60,546 nt of DNA from a virus (taxonomy: Duplodnaviria; Caudoviricetes): positions 1 to 60,546 of the IMG/VR virus record IMGVR_UViG_3300030101_000172; one strand, given 5' to 3'. The translations under genes were made by a program, and so were the position numbers. Every line of letters begins with the position of its first letter. The stretch's first letter is position 1. Positions 17,616 through 26,049 of this stretch are shown here, in pieces. The notes beneath the pieces were generated by a model. That model saw only the letters and a program-made list of their open reading frames with translations, was not told the DNA's origin and did not search any database.

Positions 17616-20066
17616 TTATTTACCTTTCATCGTTTTCATTATATCTAACTCTAATTTACCTTTATTAAATCGAGTATCTTCTTTTATTTTAGCCCCTGCT
17701 TTTTGAGCGTCTAAGGCTATTTCAGCTTTATTTACCTTTATTTCTTCTGTTTTTAATCTAGCATCAACAGCATCTTTCTTCTCTTTTCTTATCTGTTCTT
17801 TTTGTTTTATCTGTGTATCTGCTGCATCTTTTTGTGCTTTTCTTTGTATGTCAGCTTGTCTAATCTGTAATTCCTGCTGTTTCATTTGATTTACAGGGTC
17901 TTGAGCTGCCTGTTGAGCTTGTCTTTGGGCTGCCTGTTGTTTATGTGCTTGTGTTAATTGCTGTCCAGCATCAGCTACAAGTCTAGCAAGATTAACTTCT
18001 ATATCCTCTGGTAACTCTTCATTAGGATTAGGTAGAGGTGCTCCGAGTCGCTCTTCTATTTGTTTTCTGTAGTTAAACGCTAAATGTTCTGCTATGTGAG
18101 CCTGCAATGAAGCCATTATTTGTTGTGCCTGTGGGTTTTGTCCTATCATTTGTGCAATAGCAGGATCTTGCATGAAAGCTGTATGTGTTTTTATATGTGC
18201 ATCATGATCTTGATATATAAATGCTCTCATAGGTTTACCAGTCAATGCGTTCATATTCTCACTAACAGGGTCAGCAGGTTTTAAATCTTCTTGCATAGGT
18301 ATTAGTTTATCTGCGTTTTTAACACCTAAAACCTCTATCATCTGACGATGTAGTTGTTTTAAATCATATATCTGTGGTGCAGATGTAGCCATTTGTAATA
18401 CAGCTTGATATTGCACAACCCTCTGAGCCATGGTTGTACTATTAGGATCACTAACAGGTATAACATCAACTAAACCATAATCAGCTTGTCTAGCACTCAT
18501 CTCGCCTCTGGCAGGCTGATAAGAATATTGTGCTGGTGCGTATTCTGCTATTATAGTTTTTAGTAATTTAAACTCTTGTTTCATGGCATAATGTACACGA
18601 GCCTGTACTGCTGCCATAGGTTTTAAAGTTCTTTCTAATAAGGCAAGTGTTGTTCCAACTGGGGCATTTGCTGACATATCAGATATATTTGTATCACTGA
18701 TAGCTCCTAATCTTCTACCTTCTGCTGTTATGCTGTTTAATAAAGCCAACAAAGTTTGGCTAGGCTCTTTGTACGGAAGTGGCATGATATTGTCACGAAT
18801 ACTACCTGATGGCACATCCACATCTTTAAACTCCCCAGGCTCTATCGGTGTATCGTCACCTTTGATTCTTAGACCTCTGGACTTCAAACCCCCTGGGAGA
18901 TTAGATAATGTACCTGCGTCAACAAGTTGTCTTATAATAGATGTACCTGCACGAGCGTATCCACCTATGATATGTATCAAGCCAAGCCCATAGAATCCAA
19001 ACCCAGGGACGTAAGCATAATGTACGAAATGCTGACGTTTAAGTGTAAGGGGATCTTCAGGGTTCCAATTTCTACGTATTGATAGTACCTCACCAGTTCC
19101 TCGTTCAATACTAACAACATACGGCTTGGCTATCTCTTCTTCTGAGTCATCTATACCTTCAATAACTAAATCGGCATGGACTTCGTATATTGTGTATCTA
19201 TCATCATCCGTTAAAGAATATCCCCCTTCTTCAGCTTTTCTTTCTTCTATATCTGTGTGGTATGGTTGTGGTTCTCCTAGATCATCTATTTCTCTATAAA
19301 AACCAGCAACTTGTAGCTTCTTTAATTCATTTTTTGTTTTTCTCATTACGTGAGTGACACGTTCTGCTGTCTCTATGTGTGACGCACCATAAGGAACTAT
19401 TACATCTTCTGCAGGTATATACAATGACATCTGTCTACCCATGTTAGGATCATAATATACTTTTTTAAATGCTGAACCTGCTAATCCTAAATTATACAAT
19501 AATCTTTCATGCTCAGAGCGATATTCTACCATACGTTCTGTAAGCTCATAGTTCATATCAGCCCTTACACGATTAGCTGCTTCTTCTTTTTCTTTTGTTT
19601 CGTCACCTAATATCTTTGTTTTCACAGGCCCTGCTGCTGGGAAAGTTTCACTCATTGTTTCAGCCTGGAACCGTATAGCAGCTTCTGCTAACACGTTAGA
19701 GTATACTCCACAAGCCCCTTCCCAGGGCTCTGTGCGTTCCTCATACTTAAATCCTAACACGTCAAGCCCTTTTACAAACGTATCTGCCCACTCTTTTCTA
19801 CTTTGAGTATCTGCATCTATAAGACCCACTATGTCAGAAGATAGTGTATTTAATATATCTTCTTCTAATTCTTCAGCAATATTAGCACTAAAACCACCTT
19901 TTTTAGTATCATCCCCAGGGACTATGGTAACCTCTACACTACCATCATCTAGTGTGACCATATCAGGATTTACTATTTCAATCTCTAAATCAGGCTCTGG
20001 TAATTTACCATTTGTCTGTATTCCTTCACCCATGATATTAGGAGTTAATGCTTTTTCTATTGCCAT
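17616..20066 (-). CDS. Portal protein
   Basis: 816 aa directly after terL, with LAGSAFKKVYYD, GFYGLGLIH and a Gln-rich C-terminal helical extension like the P22 portal barrel. Confidence 0.88.
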   Translation of the reverse strand: MAIEKALTPNIMGEGIQTNGKLPEPDLEIEIVNPDMVTLDDGSVEVTIVPGDDTKKGGFSANIAEELEEDILNTLSSDIVGLIDADTQSRKEWADTFVKGLDVLGFKYEERTEPWEGACGVYSNVLAEAAIRFQAETMSETFPAAGPVKTKILGDETKEKEEAANRVRADMNYELTERMVEYRSEHERLLYNLGLAGSAFKKVYYDPNMGRQMSLYIPAEDVIVPYGASHIETAERVTHVMRKTKNELKKLQVAGFYREIDDLGEPQPYHTDIEERKAEEGGYSLTDDDRYTIYEVHADLVIEGIDDSEEEIAKPYVVSIERGTGEVLSIRRNWNPEDPLTLKRQHFVHYAYVPGFGFYGLGLIHIIGGYARAGTSIIRQLVDAGTLSNLPGGLKSRGLRIKGDDTPIEPGEFKDVDVPSGSIRDNIMPLPYKEPSQTLLALLNSITAEGRRLGAISDTNISDMSANAPVGTTLALLERTLKPMAAVQARVHYAMKQEFKLLKTIIAEYAPAQYSYQPARGEMSARQADYGLVDVIPVSDPNSTTMAQRVVQYQAVLQMATSAPQIYDLKQLHRQMIEVLGVKNADKLIPMQEDLKPADPVSENMNALTGKPMRAFIYQDHDAHIKTHTAFMQDPAIAQMIGQNPQAQQIMASLQAHIAEHLAFNYRKQIEERLGAPLPNPNEELPEDIEVNLARLVADAGQQLTQAHKQQAAQRQAQQAAQDPVNQMKQQELQIRQADIQRKAQKDAADTQIKQKEQIRKEKKDAVDARLKTEEIKVNKAEIALDAQKAGAKIKEDTRFNKGKLELDIMKTMKGK

Positions 20067-21616
20067 TAGTAATATCCACTTCCTCTACGTTTAAAGTATT
20101 GAACTTCTTCTGGTTCATCACTTGGTAGTCTTATAAACCCACCCTGCCTGAATCGCATTAATGCCATAACAGTTGAGTCAACTAAGTCATCATGACTCAT
20201 AAACGGAAATCCTGCAACTTCTTCTATGACTTCTTCTGCCCATCTAGTCTCTGGAACCCAACATAATCCAGATGATACTATATCAGATACAGAGTTTAGT
20301 CTAGCTAGTTTATCTCCTGATCCTCTATGTGGGGTATACTCCTGTATCGGCAACCCCATCCTACGCATTTCCTGATACAGAGCAACACCAGAGTTTTTCT
20401 TCTCCACAATAAAAGAATCAGGCTCCCACTCTGTATATTCTTCCATAGCCATATTTTTTAACTCTGGGAACTCCATACGCTTTTTTATACTATTTAACAA
20501 TATAATATTATAATTATCTACCTCCTCATTAAAAAATACACCCCACGTTGTAAGTGCTGTATAGTCAGCACGATTATGTGTTTCTGCTGCTGCATCTAAA
20601 GACATGATGACATACTCACACTCTGGTGGGTATTCTTTCTTCCATAACTGCCACCACTCTCTTTTTACAAGTGCGGCTTCCTCTGCTGTGGGTTCTTGTT
20701 GGTATTGTGCGTTCCACTGGAATGTAGGCATAGATGCTTTTGTTCTTAACAAAGCCTCCATGTCAAAGAACTCAGGCCACAAAGGTTTCTGTTCTGATTT
20801 TTTTGTTTTCTTATTTACTATGTCCAATATAGCAGGAAACTCCACAACCTCATACTGGTCAGCTCTATCATTCTGTGTCATATCTCTAGTCACACGCCCC
20901 GTCAAATCATCCATGTGCCAACGTGTTTGTATGATAGCCACACGTCCCCCAGGCATTAAACGAGTCCGTGCACCAAATGTAAACCACTCATACGCTTTCT
21001 CAAATGTACTAAAATTACCATTTATAACATCTTGCTCTGAGTGTGGGTCATCCACTAATAACAAGTCCGCTCCTCTACCAGCCAAGGCTGAACCTATGCC
21101 ACAAGCATAATATTCGCCACCAAAATTAGTGTTCCATCTACCTGCAGATTTAGAATCCACAGCCAAACTCACGTTAGGAAATATAGCTTGATACTCGTTT
21201 GTAGAGATCAGATTACGTACTTTTCTACCAAAATCTACGGCTAAATCTGTGGTGTGTGATACCATCATGACTTTCTTATTAGGATTTCTACCTAAAAACC
21301 ATGCAGGAAAGAATATAGATACCAACTGTGATTTACCATGGCGTGGTGGTATGTTTACACATATTCTATCTTTGTTACCCTGTTCTATATCCATAAGAAG
21401 ATCGGCTAACATCCTGTGATGTTTACCTACAATGTAATCAGGCTGCATATGCTTACAAAACTCTATAAGATCATCATACACTGACTTTGTGTATTTTCTT
21501 TTCCCCAACTCATCCACGAGTTTATCTATTTCTTGGACTTCTTCGGGCGAGAAACTATCCAGATTATCTAACATCTGTTGTACTTCAACCTCTGTAAAGT
21601 CTAAATTTTCAATCAT
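20066..21616 (-). CDS. terL: Terminase large subunit
   Basis: Walker A NIPPRHGKS, Walker B LLLVDDPH, IQTRWH, and nuclease motifs SLDAA and HDDLVDS. Confidence 0.95.
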   Translation of the reverse strand: MIENLDFTEVEVQQMLDNLDSFSPEEVQEIDKLVDELGKRKYTKSVYDDLIEFCKHMQPDYIVGKHHRMLADLLMDIEQGNKDRICVNIPPRHGKSQLVSIFFPAWFLGRNPNKKVMMVSHTTDLAVDFGRKVRNLISTNEYQAIFPNVSLAVDSKSAGRWNTNFGGEYYACGIGSALAGRGADLLLVDDPHSEQDVINGNFSTFEKAYEWFTFGARTRLMPGGRVAIIQTRWHMDDLTGRVTRDMTQNDRADQYEVVEFPAILDIVNKKTKKSEQKPLWPEFFDMEALLRTKASMPTFQWNAQYQQEPTAEEAALVKREWWQLWKKEYPPECEYVIMSLDAAAETHNRADYTALTTWGVFFNEEVDNYNIILLNSIKKRMEFPELKNMAMEEYTEWEPDSFIVEKKNSGVALYQEMRRMGLPIQEYTPHRGSGDKLARLNSVSDIVSSGLCWVPETRWAEEVIEEVAGFPFMSHDDLVDSTVMALMRFRQGGFIRLPSDEPEEVQYFKRRGSGYY

Positions 21617-22250
21617 TTTTTAGCTTCCAAAAGTACTCATCTGTGTCCCCAAGACGATATTCGTTACCATTTTCTACCTGATATTCTATTGTACTGACCT
21701 TAAAATCAGGCTTCAGTGGTTCTGTAGGTGTCAACGAGTTATCATATAACCTCATTCTATTGTTAGGATATAGACAATATTGTCCGTTATTTAATTGTAA
21801 CAAGTTAAAAGATTTATGTTCTTCAGGGGTTTCACTAGTGCTATAGTCAATAACATTCTCATCACCGTGATAATTATCCAATGTGCATACATATTTGCCT
21901 TTTTGTATGCCAAAATCTCTTGTAAGTACCTCAAAATCCATAGAACCTATGAATTGTTTACATATCGCAGTCACATTATAGTCCATGCAGTTCCAAAACT
22001 GCAGATTTGGTAGATCCATATCCTCTTCAGGGATTCTTTCTTTAGATAAAAACGCAGAAATAGGTAATTTATCGAACAAAGCTCCATATTTTGGTAAAAA
22101 AGTTTCAAAATAAAAGGCCCTGCCTGGGATTGACTTGGCAGAAATCCAAACTCCCTCTACAAATTCACCAAAACCACTCTGATGGTTCATTAAATACTCT
22201 TTTCGTACCCAAACTTTATGTGCTGGGAGGTTACAAATCAATTTACTCAT
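21609..22250 (-). CDS. Conserved hypothetical phage protein between terS and terL
   Basis: Overlaps both neighbours. KSIPGRAFYFE...DKLPISAF...LQFWNC...YPNNRMR. Confidence 0.75.
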   Translation of the reverse strand: MSKLICNLPAHKVWVRKEYLMNHQSGFGEFVEGVWISAKSIPGRAFYFETFLPKYGALFDKLPISAFLSKERIPEEDMDLPNLQFWNCMDYNVTAICKQFIGSMDFEVLTRDFGIQKGKYVCTLDNYHGDENVIDYSTSETPEEHKSFNLLQLNNGQYCLYPNNRMRLYDNSLTPTEPLKPDFKVSTIEYQVENGNEYRLGDTDEYFWKLKND

Positions 22251-22836
22251 CTTTTAATCCAAGTTCCTCTTCTACATTTAAAGATTCACCATCTATAAGC
22301 ACTGCTTCTTCGACTGAATCTTCTACTTTTACTAATTTATTTAACTTATCACGTAATTTTTCTCGTAAATCGTCAGTTGATTGGTGTGTTATAGTCACTT
22401 CTGACTTTTCTGCAAACAAACCAACGTCAGATATCTTACCCAAAAGCTCCAAAGCACGTATTCGTACCTTGGGATCAGGGTTTTCAGTCTCTAACAATAA
22501 CTTGTTAGTCACTAAATGCCGTACATGGACAGCACTTTTTACAACAGACTGTCCAAATTCTTTTAATATACTATCAGTTAATACCAAAGATGCAGGTGTA
22601 AGTGCAGCCATTTTATTATTTGTGGCTTTCTTTGAGGTTTTATCAGGATTCTCTGCATACGCCAACGTAAGTTTAGCTGCAATATCCTTGTCTTCTGCAT
22701 TTGGATTTAAGTCAAGACCGTGCTTTGACAGCTCTTCTGCTGTATTTTTTGAGGCTTCTGCACGAGCTTTTAAATCCATCTCTGGTAAACTCGGTTTCAA
22801 TTCCACGCCCATCTCAGGTTCTGCGGTTATGGTCAT
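22243..22836 (-). CDS. Putative terminase small subunit
   Basis: First gene of the late arm, with RIRALELLGKISDVGLF. Start placed at ATG 22836; the ORF is open to 22890. Confidence 0.55.
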   Translation of the reverse strand: MTITAEPEMGVELKPSLPEMDLKARAEASKNTAEELSKHGLDLNPNAEDKDIAAKLTLAYAENPDKTSKKATNNKMAALTPASLVLTDSILKEFGQSVVKSAVHVRHLVTNKLLLETENPDPKVRIRALELLGKISDVGLFAEKSEVTITHQSTDDLREKLRDKLNKLVKVEDSVEEAVLIDGESLNVEEELGLKDE

Positions 22837-22977
22837 GTTGATTAGTATATACACAAAAAATTTTTTTACGCAAGTAGTTTGGGACTCCAAAGGGGGGGTC
22901 TCCTATTTTGAGCAAAACTGAAAATGTTTGTGGAAATTAGACATACATACGTGCGTACACGACAATATATACAAGTC

Positions 22978-22998
22978 GGGTATGGGGGTAGGGTGGGG
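22978..22998 (+). other. G-quadruplex-forming motif in the divergent intergenic region
   Basis: GGG-tat-GGGGG-ta-GGG-t-GGGG. Confidence 0.55.
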
Positions 22999-23041
22999 TA
23001 ATTATATAGTAATTTCAAGTAGCATTAAGTATTATAATAAA

Positions 23042-23060
23042 TGTTAGTGTATCACTAACA
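23042..23060. promoter_or_regulatory. 19-bp palindrome, copy 1
   Basis: TGTTAGTG-TAT-CACTAACA. Confidence 0.8.
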
Positions 23061-23191
23061 AAAAAACATAATAAAAAGTTATTATTTACAAAGTTACTAT
23101 ATCAAACTTAATAAAAATGTGTATTACTATAATCATCAGCAAGACAATACTGTCTTTTAAAATTCGCTGGTACAATAAAAGGAGTTTAGCA

Positions 23192-23722
23192 ATGGCTAAA
23201 TCTATTAAATTTACTGCTGAGGTCGGTAATAAAATAACCTCTACTGTTAAATCTGCTCAAGCTGGTGTTAATGCGATCAACTCGCTTATACCTGTCTTAA
23301 TCAAGCACGGTTTCTTATCTACAACGTTTCTTAGTCCACATACTAAGAATACGAAAAGCACGGCAACAGTCGAGCAGTTCGATAAGATTAACTATTGTAT
23401 CGTTGCAGGTTTTTCTGCTCCAGTTCAAAAGTTGTTGGAAACACCAACTAAAGGACTGACAGATGCTAAAAAGATCTCTAAGAGATATTGGCAGCAACAG
23501 ATAGGGGCTAGACGTAACGACTTATCCAAAGCTCTTGCCAAGCGAGAGAGCGGAGGTAATGGGGCTGGTGGTAAGCCTCGCACACCTGAACAACGTGTCA
23601 GGGATAACCTTAACGATGTGCTTAAAGTAATCGAGGCTGTCGAGGACGAAAAGCAATTAGTTAAGGGCGAGGCTATCAAGCACCTTGTTAAACAAGCCGT
23701 TGCTTTACTACCTAGCAATTAA
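23192..23722 (+). CDS. Early hypothetical protein (176 aa)
   Basis: AAAGGAG RBS upstream of ATG 23192; the ORF is open from 23117. Confidence 0.75.
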   Translation: MAKSIKFTAEVGNKITSTVKSAQAGVNAINSLIPVLIKHGFLSTTFLSPHTKNTKSTATVEQFDKINYCIVAGFSAPVQKLLETPTKGLTDAKKISKRYWQQQIGARRNDLSKALAKRESGGNGAGGKPRTPEQRVRDNLNDVLKVIEAVEDEKQLVKGEAIKHLVKQAVALLPSN

Positions 23723-23733
23723 ATTTAACTAGC

Positions 23734-23771
23734 GGAGCGGAGGGAGTTACACCTCCCTCCCTCCCTTTATT
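23734..23771 (+). terminator. GC-rich hairpin, possible weak terminator or processing site
   Basis: GGAG(C)GGAGGGAG-ttacac-CTCCCTCCCTCC followed by CTTTATT. Confidence 0.5.
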
Positions 23772-23785
23772 GAAAGGACTATATC

Positions 23786-23992
23786 ATGAGAAAAGACAAT
23801 AAAACTCTTGAGGCAATCAAGAGGCGAGAGGCTAGAAAGTTTGCACAAAATAAGTTTGCTTTCATGCTCCAAGATCAACGACTAGATAACATTCAACGTC
23901 AAGAGAATGATAAGAATGTTAAAAAAATCATGACAAGTAATGACATTGATTTTAAAAAGTTAATGATTAAGAACGGAGTAAAACCAAAATGA
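23786..23992 (+). CDS. Early hypothetical basic protein
   Basis: GAAAGGA RBS, 68 aa. Confidence 0.7.
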   Translation: MRKDNKTLEAIKRREARKFAQNKFAFMLQDQRLDNIQRQENDKNVKKIMTSNDIDFKKLMIKNGVKPK

Positions 23993-24096
23993 AAGCATGC
24001 TTAATTTTCATGGCTGAACTTTTTGCCATATTTGGATTGATGGTTATGATTTACGTCATAGCATCTTTACTAGGTGTCTACTTTGATATGATCTAA
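23989..24096 (+). CDS. 35-aa single-pass membrane peptide
   Basis: ATGA overlap with the previous stop. MKACLIFMAELFAIFGLMVMIYVIASLLGVYFDMI. Followed by a terminator. Confidence 0.6.
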   Translation: MKACLIFMAELFAIFGLMVMIYVIASLLGVYFDMI

Positions 24097-24102
24097 GAAA
24101 TT

Positions 24103-24131
24103 AGCCCTCACTTCGGTGGGGGCTTTTTTTT
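24103..24131 (+). terminator. Intrinsic terminator with a UUCG tetraloop
   Basis: AGCCCTCAC-TTCG-GTGGGGGCT-TTTTTTT. Confidence 0.9.
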
Positions 24132-24220
24132 GTGCCAAAATTATTTGACACCAGTTACACGGGTAGCGTTGAGCATTAGCGATTAGTGTACAGAGTTGTT
24201 GCCATGTGTTTGTGCTATCT

Positions 24221-24239
24221 TGTTAGTGTCCCCCTAACA
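24221..24239. promoter_or_regulatory. 19-bp palindrome, copy 2 (1 mismatch)
   Basis: TGTTAGTG-TCC-CCCTAACA. Confidence 0.7.
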
Positions 24240-24315
24240 AAAAGATGCCAGTTACACGGGTAGCGTTGAGCCATTTAGACACGTGATAACTTGTTATAGT
24301 GTGTGTAGCATAGCG

Positions 24316-24334
24316 TGTTAGTGTATCCCTAACA
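24316..24334. promoter_or_regulatory. 19-bp palindrome, copy 3 (1 mismatch)
   Basis: TGTTAGTG-TAT-CCCTAACA. Confidence 0.7.
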
Positions 24335-24381
24335 AGATAACGAGTCAGTATGAAACCAGTTATGGTAGTAGCGTTGAGCCT

Positions 24382-24745
24382 AATGTTCGGTAATTTTTAT
24401 AATGTTCTGCGAATGTTCGGTGAATGTTCGGTTTTTTTACACAACATCCGTACATTATGTTTTGGTAGCATATAGTGGTGAGTTGTATCGAGCATTAGAG
24501 TTTCTTGCCTATCAGCTTTTGCAGTTTAATGTAGTTTCTTAACAGTTATATATAATGTTCGTTTTTTAAAATATTACTTCGATATGTTAGTGACACACTA
24601 ACACGTTTTGAGAATGTTCTGTAATCGAGAAGGGGTCGTCAGCAGGTTAATAAAATCCCGATCTTGCCGAACATTAGAACATTTCAGAAAAATCAAATAC
24701 TTATTCGTATACTATAAAGAACATTATAGTACATTGCAGAACATT
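24382..24745. repeat. Inverted array of AATGTTC/GAACATT heptamers (iteron-like)
   Basis: AATGTTC at 24382, 24401, 24412, 24423, 24554 and 24613. GAACATT at 24669, 24677, 24719 and 24739, plus GTACATT at 24729. Confidence 0.8.
24585..24603. promoter_or_regulatory. 19-bp palindrome, copy 4
   Basis: TGTTAGTG-ACA-CACTAACA. Confidence 0.8.
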
Positions 24746-24822
24746 ACGTTATATGGTACAATATACTACGACAGCCCACGGGTGGAGGTAATAAACCATA
24801 GAATAACACGTTTACACATTAC

Positions 24823-24851
24823 TTGACATAGGACACTATTTGTGCTATACT
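24823..24851 (+). promoter_or_regulatory. Sigma70-type early promoter
   Basis: TTGACA-17 bp-TATACT, with TG at the extended -10 position. Confidence 0.8.
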
Positions 24852-24860
24852 ATATAGATA

Positions 24861-25058
24861 ATGGAAATAGAACTGGAGGATTACATGGATACCAAAAAAG
24901 TCAAGCGAGAATACAAGAGATTACCTAAGAACACCCAATCACATTGGGAGTGGCGAGGTACTGGGTTTGTACAAGTATTCACTATCAAAGGCAATCGATA
25001 CGTGAAACATTACACACCCGATAATGTTAGTGCAACACTAACAAATAACAACAACTAA
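24861..25058 (+). CDS. Early hypothetical protein
   Basis: First ORF after the promoter. An alternative start at ATG 24885 has a GGAGG RBS. Confidence 0.65.
   Translation: MEIELEDYMDTKKVKREYKRLPKNTQSHWEWRGTGFVQVFTIKGNRYVKHYTPDNVSATLTNNNN
25025..25043. promoter_or_regulatory. 19-bp palindrome, copy 5
   Basis: TGTTAGTG-CAA-CACTAACA. Confidence 0.8.
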
Positions 25059-25078
25059 ACAAATAGAAAGGAACTACT

Positions 25079-26005
25079 ATGACTACAAATATACACAAGC
25101 TACCAAGCACCGATAATGTTAGTGATACACTAACAGAATCAGCACCGTCAATATCTTCATCGGCAATGCTAGTCGAGTTATCGATCTCTACGTGGACTGG
25201 TCGTAAGCTAGACAAGCAGGCATCACAAGTTGTTACCACAACTAACAACGCATCAAGTGGTGTCGCCAATGTACACAAGAAGTTACTCGGTGACTGTGCA
25301 GAGTTGGACATAATACAGAAGTTTGTCGGCAATGTTCGCAACGAACATTATGCCATGACAATGCCATGGTCAGACACTGGCATCCGACTGTTACCAACTG
25401 CACAGTACTTCAAGTACCACAGGGTAATGACGGACTTTGCCAACTCGCACAAAGAACTTATCACAAAGTTTCTCAATGCTTATGCCAATCGTGTCGCAGA
25501 TGCACAAGACAAACTAGGTGACTTGTTCAGACGTATGGACTACCCAAGTCCCGATCAGATAGCGAGTAAGTTCAACTTCAATATCTCATACATACCACTG
25601 CCCGAAGTCGGTGACTTTCGTATCGATATCGGCAACGAGCAGAAAGAGGTATTGCAGAAAAGCTACACCGATTACTATTCGTCTCAACTTAGTAATGCAA
25701 TGAATGACGTATGGACACGTTTGCACAAGGTACTTATCAATATGTCCGAACGCCTTGACTATGCAGACAAGGAGACGAAGAAAATATTTCGTGACACACT
25801 TGTTACGAATGTTGTTGATATTGTCGAACTGCTATCGGTTTGCAATGTCACCAAAGATAGTAGAATGGAGTCTATGCGAGTTAGCCTAGACAATGCCTTA
25901 CGTGGTGTCACACCCGATGCCTTACGTGAAGACGAGTTTCTACGTGCTGAGACCAAGCAAGCGATCGATGATGCCATCAAAGCATTACCATCACTTGATA
26001 TATAA
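25079..26005 (+). CDS. DUF3150-like helical protein
   Basis: LVELSISTWTGRKLD...MPWSDTGIRLLP...DYPS...KFNF. AGAAAGGA RBS. Adjacent to the AAA/VWA pair. Confidence 0.6.
   Translation: MTTNIHKLPSTDNVSDTLTESAPSISSSAMLVELSISTWTGRKLDKQASQVVTTTNNASSGVANVHKKLLGDCAELDIIQKFVGNVRNEHYAMTMPWSDTGIRLLPTAQYFKYHRVMTDFANSHKELITKFLNAYANRVADAQDKLGDLFRRMDYPSPDQIASKFNFNISYIPLPEVGDFRIDIGNEQKEVLQKSYTDYYSSQLSNAMNDVWTRLHKVLINMSERLDYADKETKKIFRDTLVTNVVDIVELLSVCNVTKDSRMESMRVSLDNALRGVTPDALREDEFLRAETKQAIDDAIKALPSLDI
25117..25135. promoter_or_regulatory. 19-bp palindrome, copy 6 (inside a CDS)
   Basis: TGTTAGTG-ATA-CACTAACA. Confidence 0.8.
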
Positions 26006-26017
26006 TTTAACAATAAC

Positions 26018-26036
26018 AGTTAGTGTCACACTAACA
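26018..26036. promoter_or_regulatory. 19-bp palindrome, copy 7, abutting the RBS
   Basis: AGTTAGTG-TCA-CACTAACA followed by GAAAGGA. Confidence 0.8.
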
Positions 26037-26049
26037 GAAAGGAACTATC

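Larger units (their letters stand above)
24151..24379 (+). repeat. Three 24-bp direct repeats CCAGTTACACGGGTAGCGTTGAGC
   Basis: Copies at 24151-24174 and 24248-24271 are identical. The copy at 24356-24379 matches 19/24. Confidence 0.9.

Noticed and set aside
3589-21110. Plus-strand ORFs within the left late arm, e.g. 6467..7006, 7661..8587, 20604..21110
   Set aside because: They are antisense shadows of well-supported minus-strand genes, with no RBS or recognisable motifs.
22091-22921. 276-aa plus-strand ORF
   Set aside because: It is antisense to the putative terS, Ser/Phe-rich like a shadow frame, and starts at TTG with no RBS.
24151-24379. 24-bp direct repeats as a CRISPR mini-array
   Set aside because: The gaps of 73 and 84 bp are too long and share an internal palindrome. 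There are only three repeats and no cas operon. The Cas4-like nuclease at 34593 sits in a replication context.
24608-24826. 72-aa ORF across the heptamer array
   Set aside because: TTG start, no RBS, and it overlaps the repeats and the promoter. The region is better explained as non-coding.
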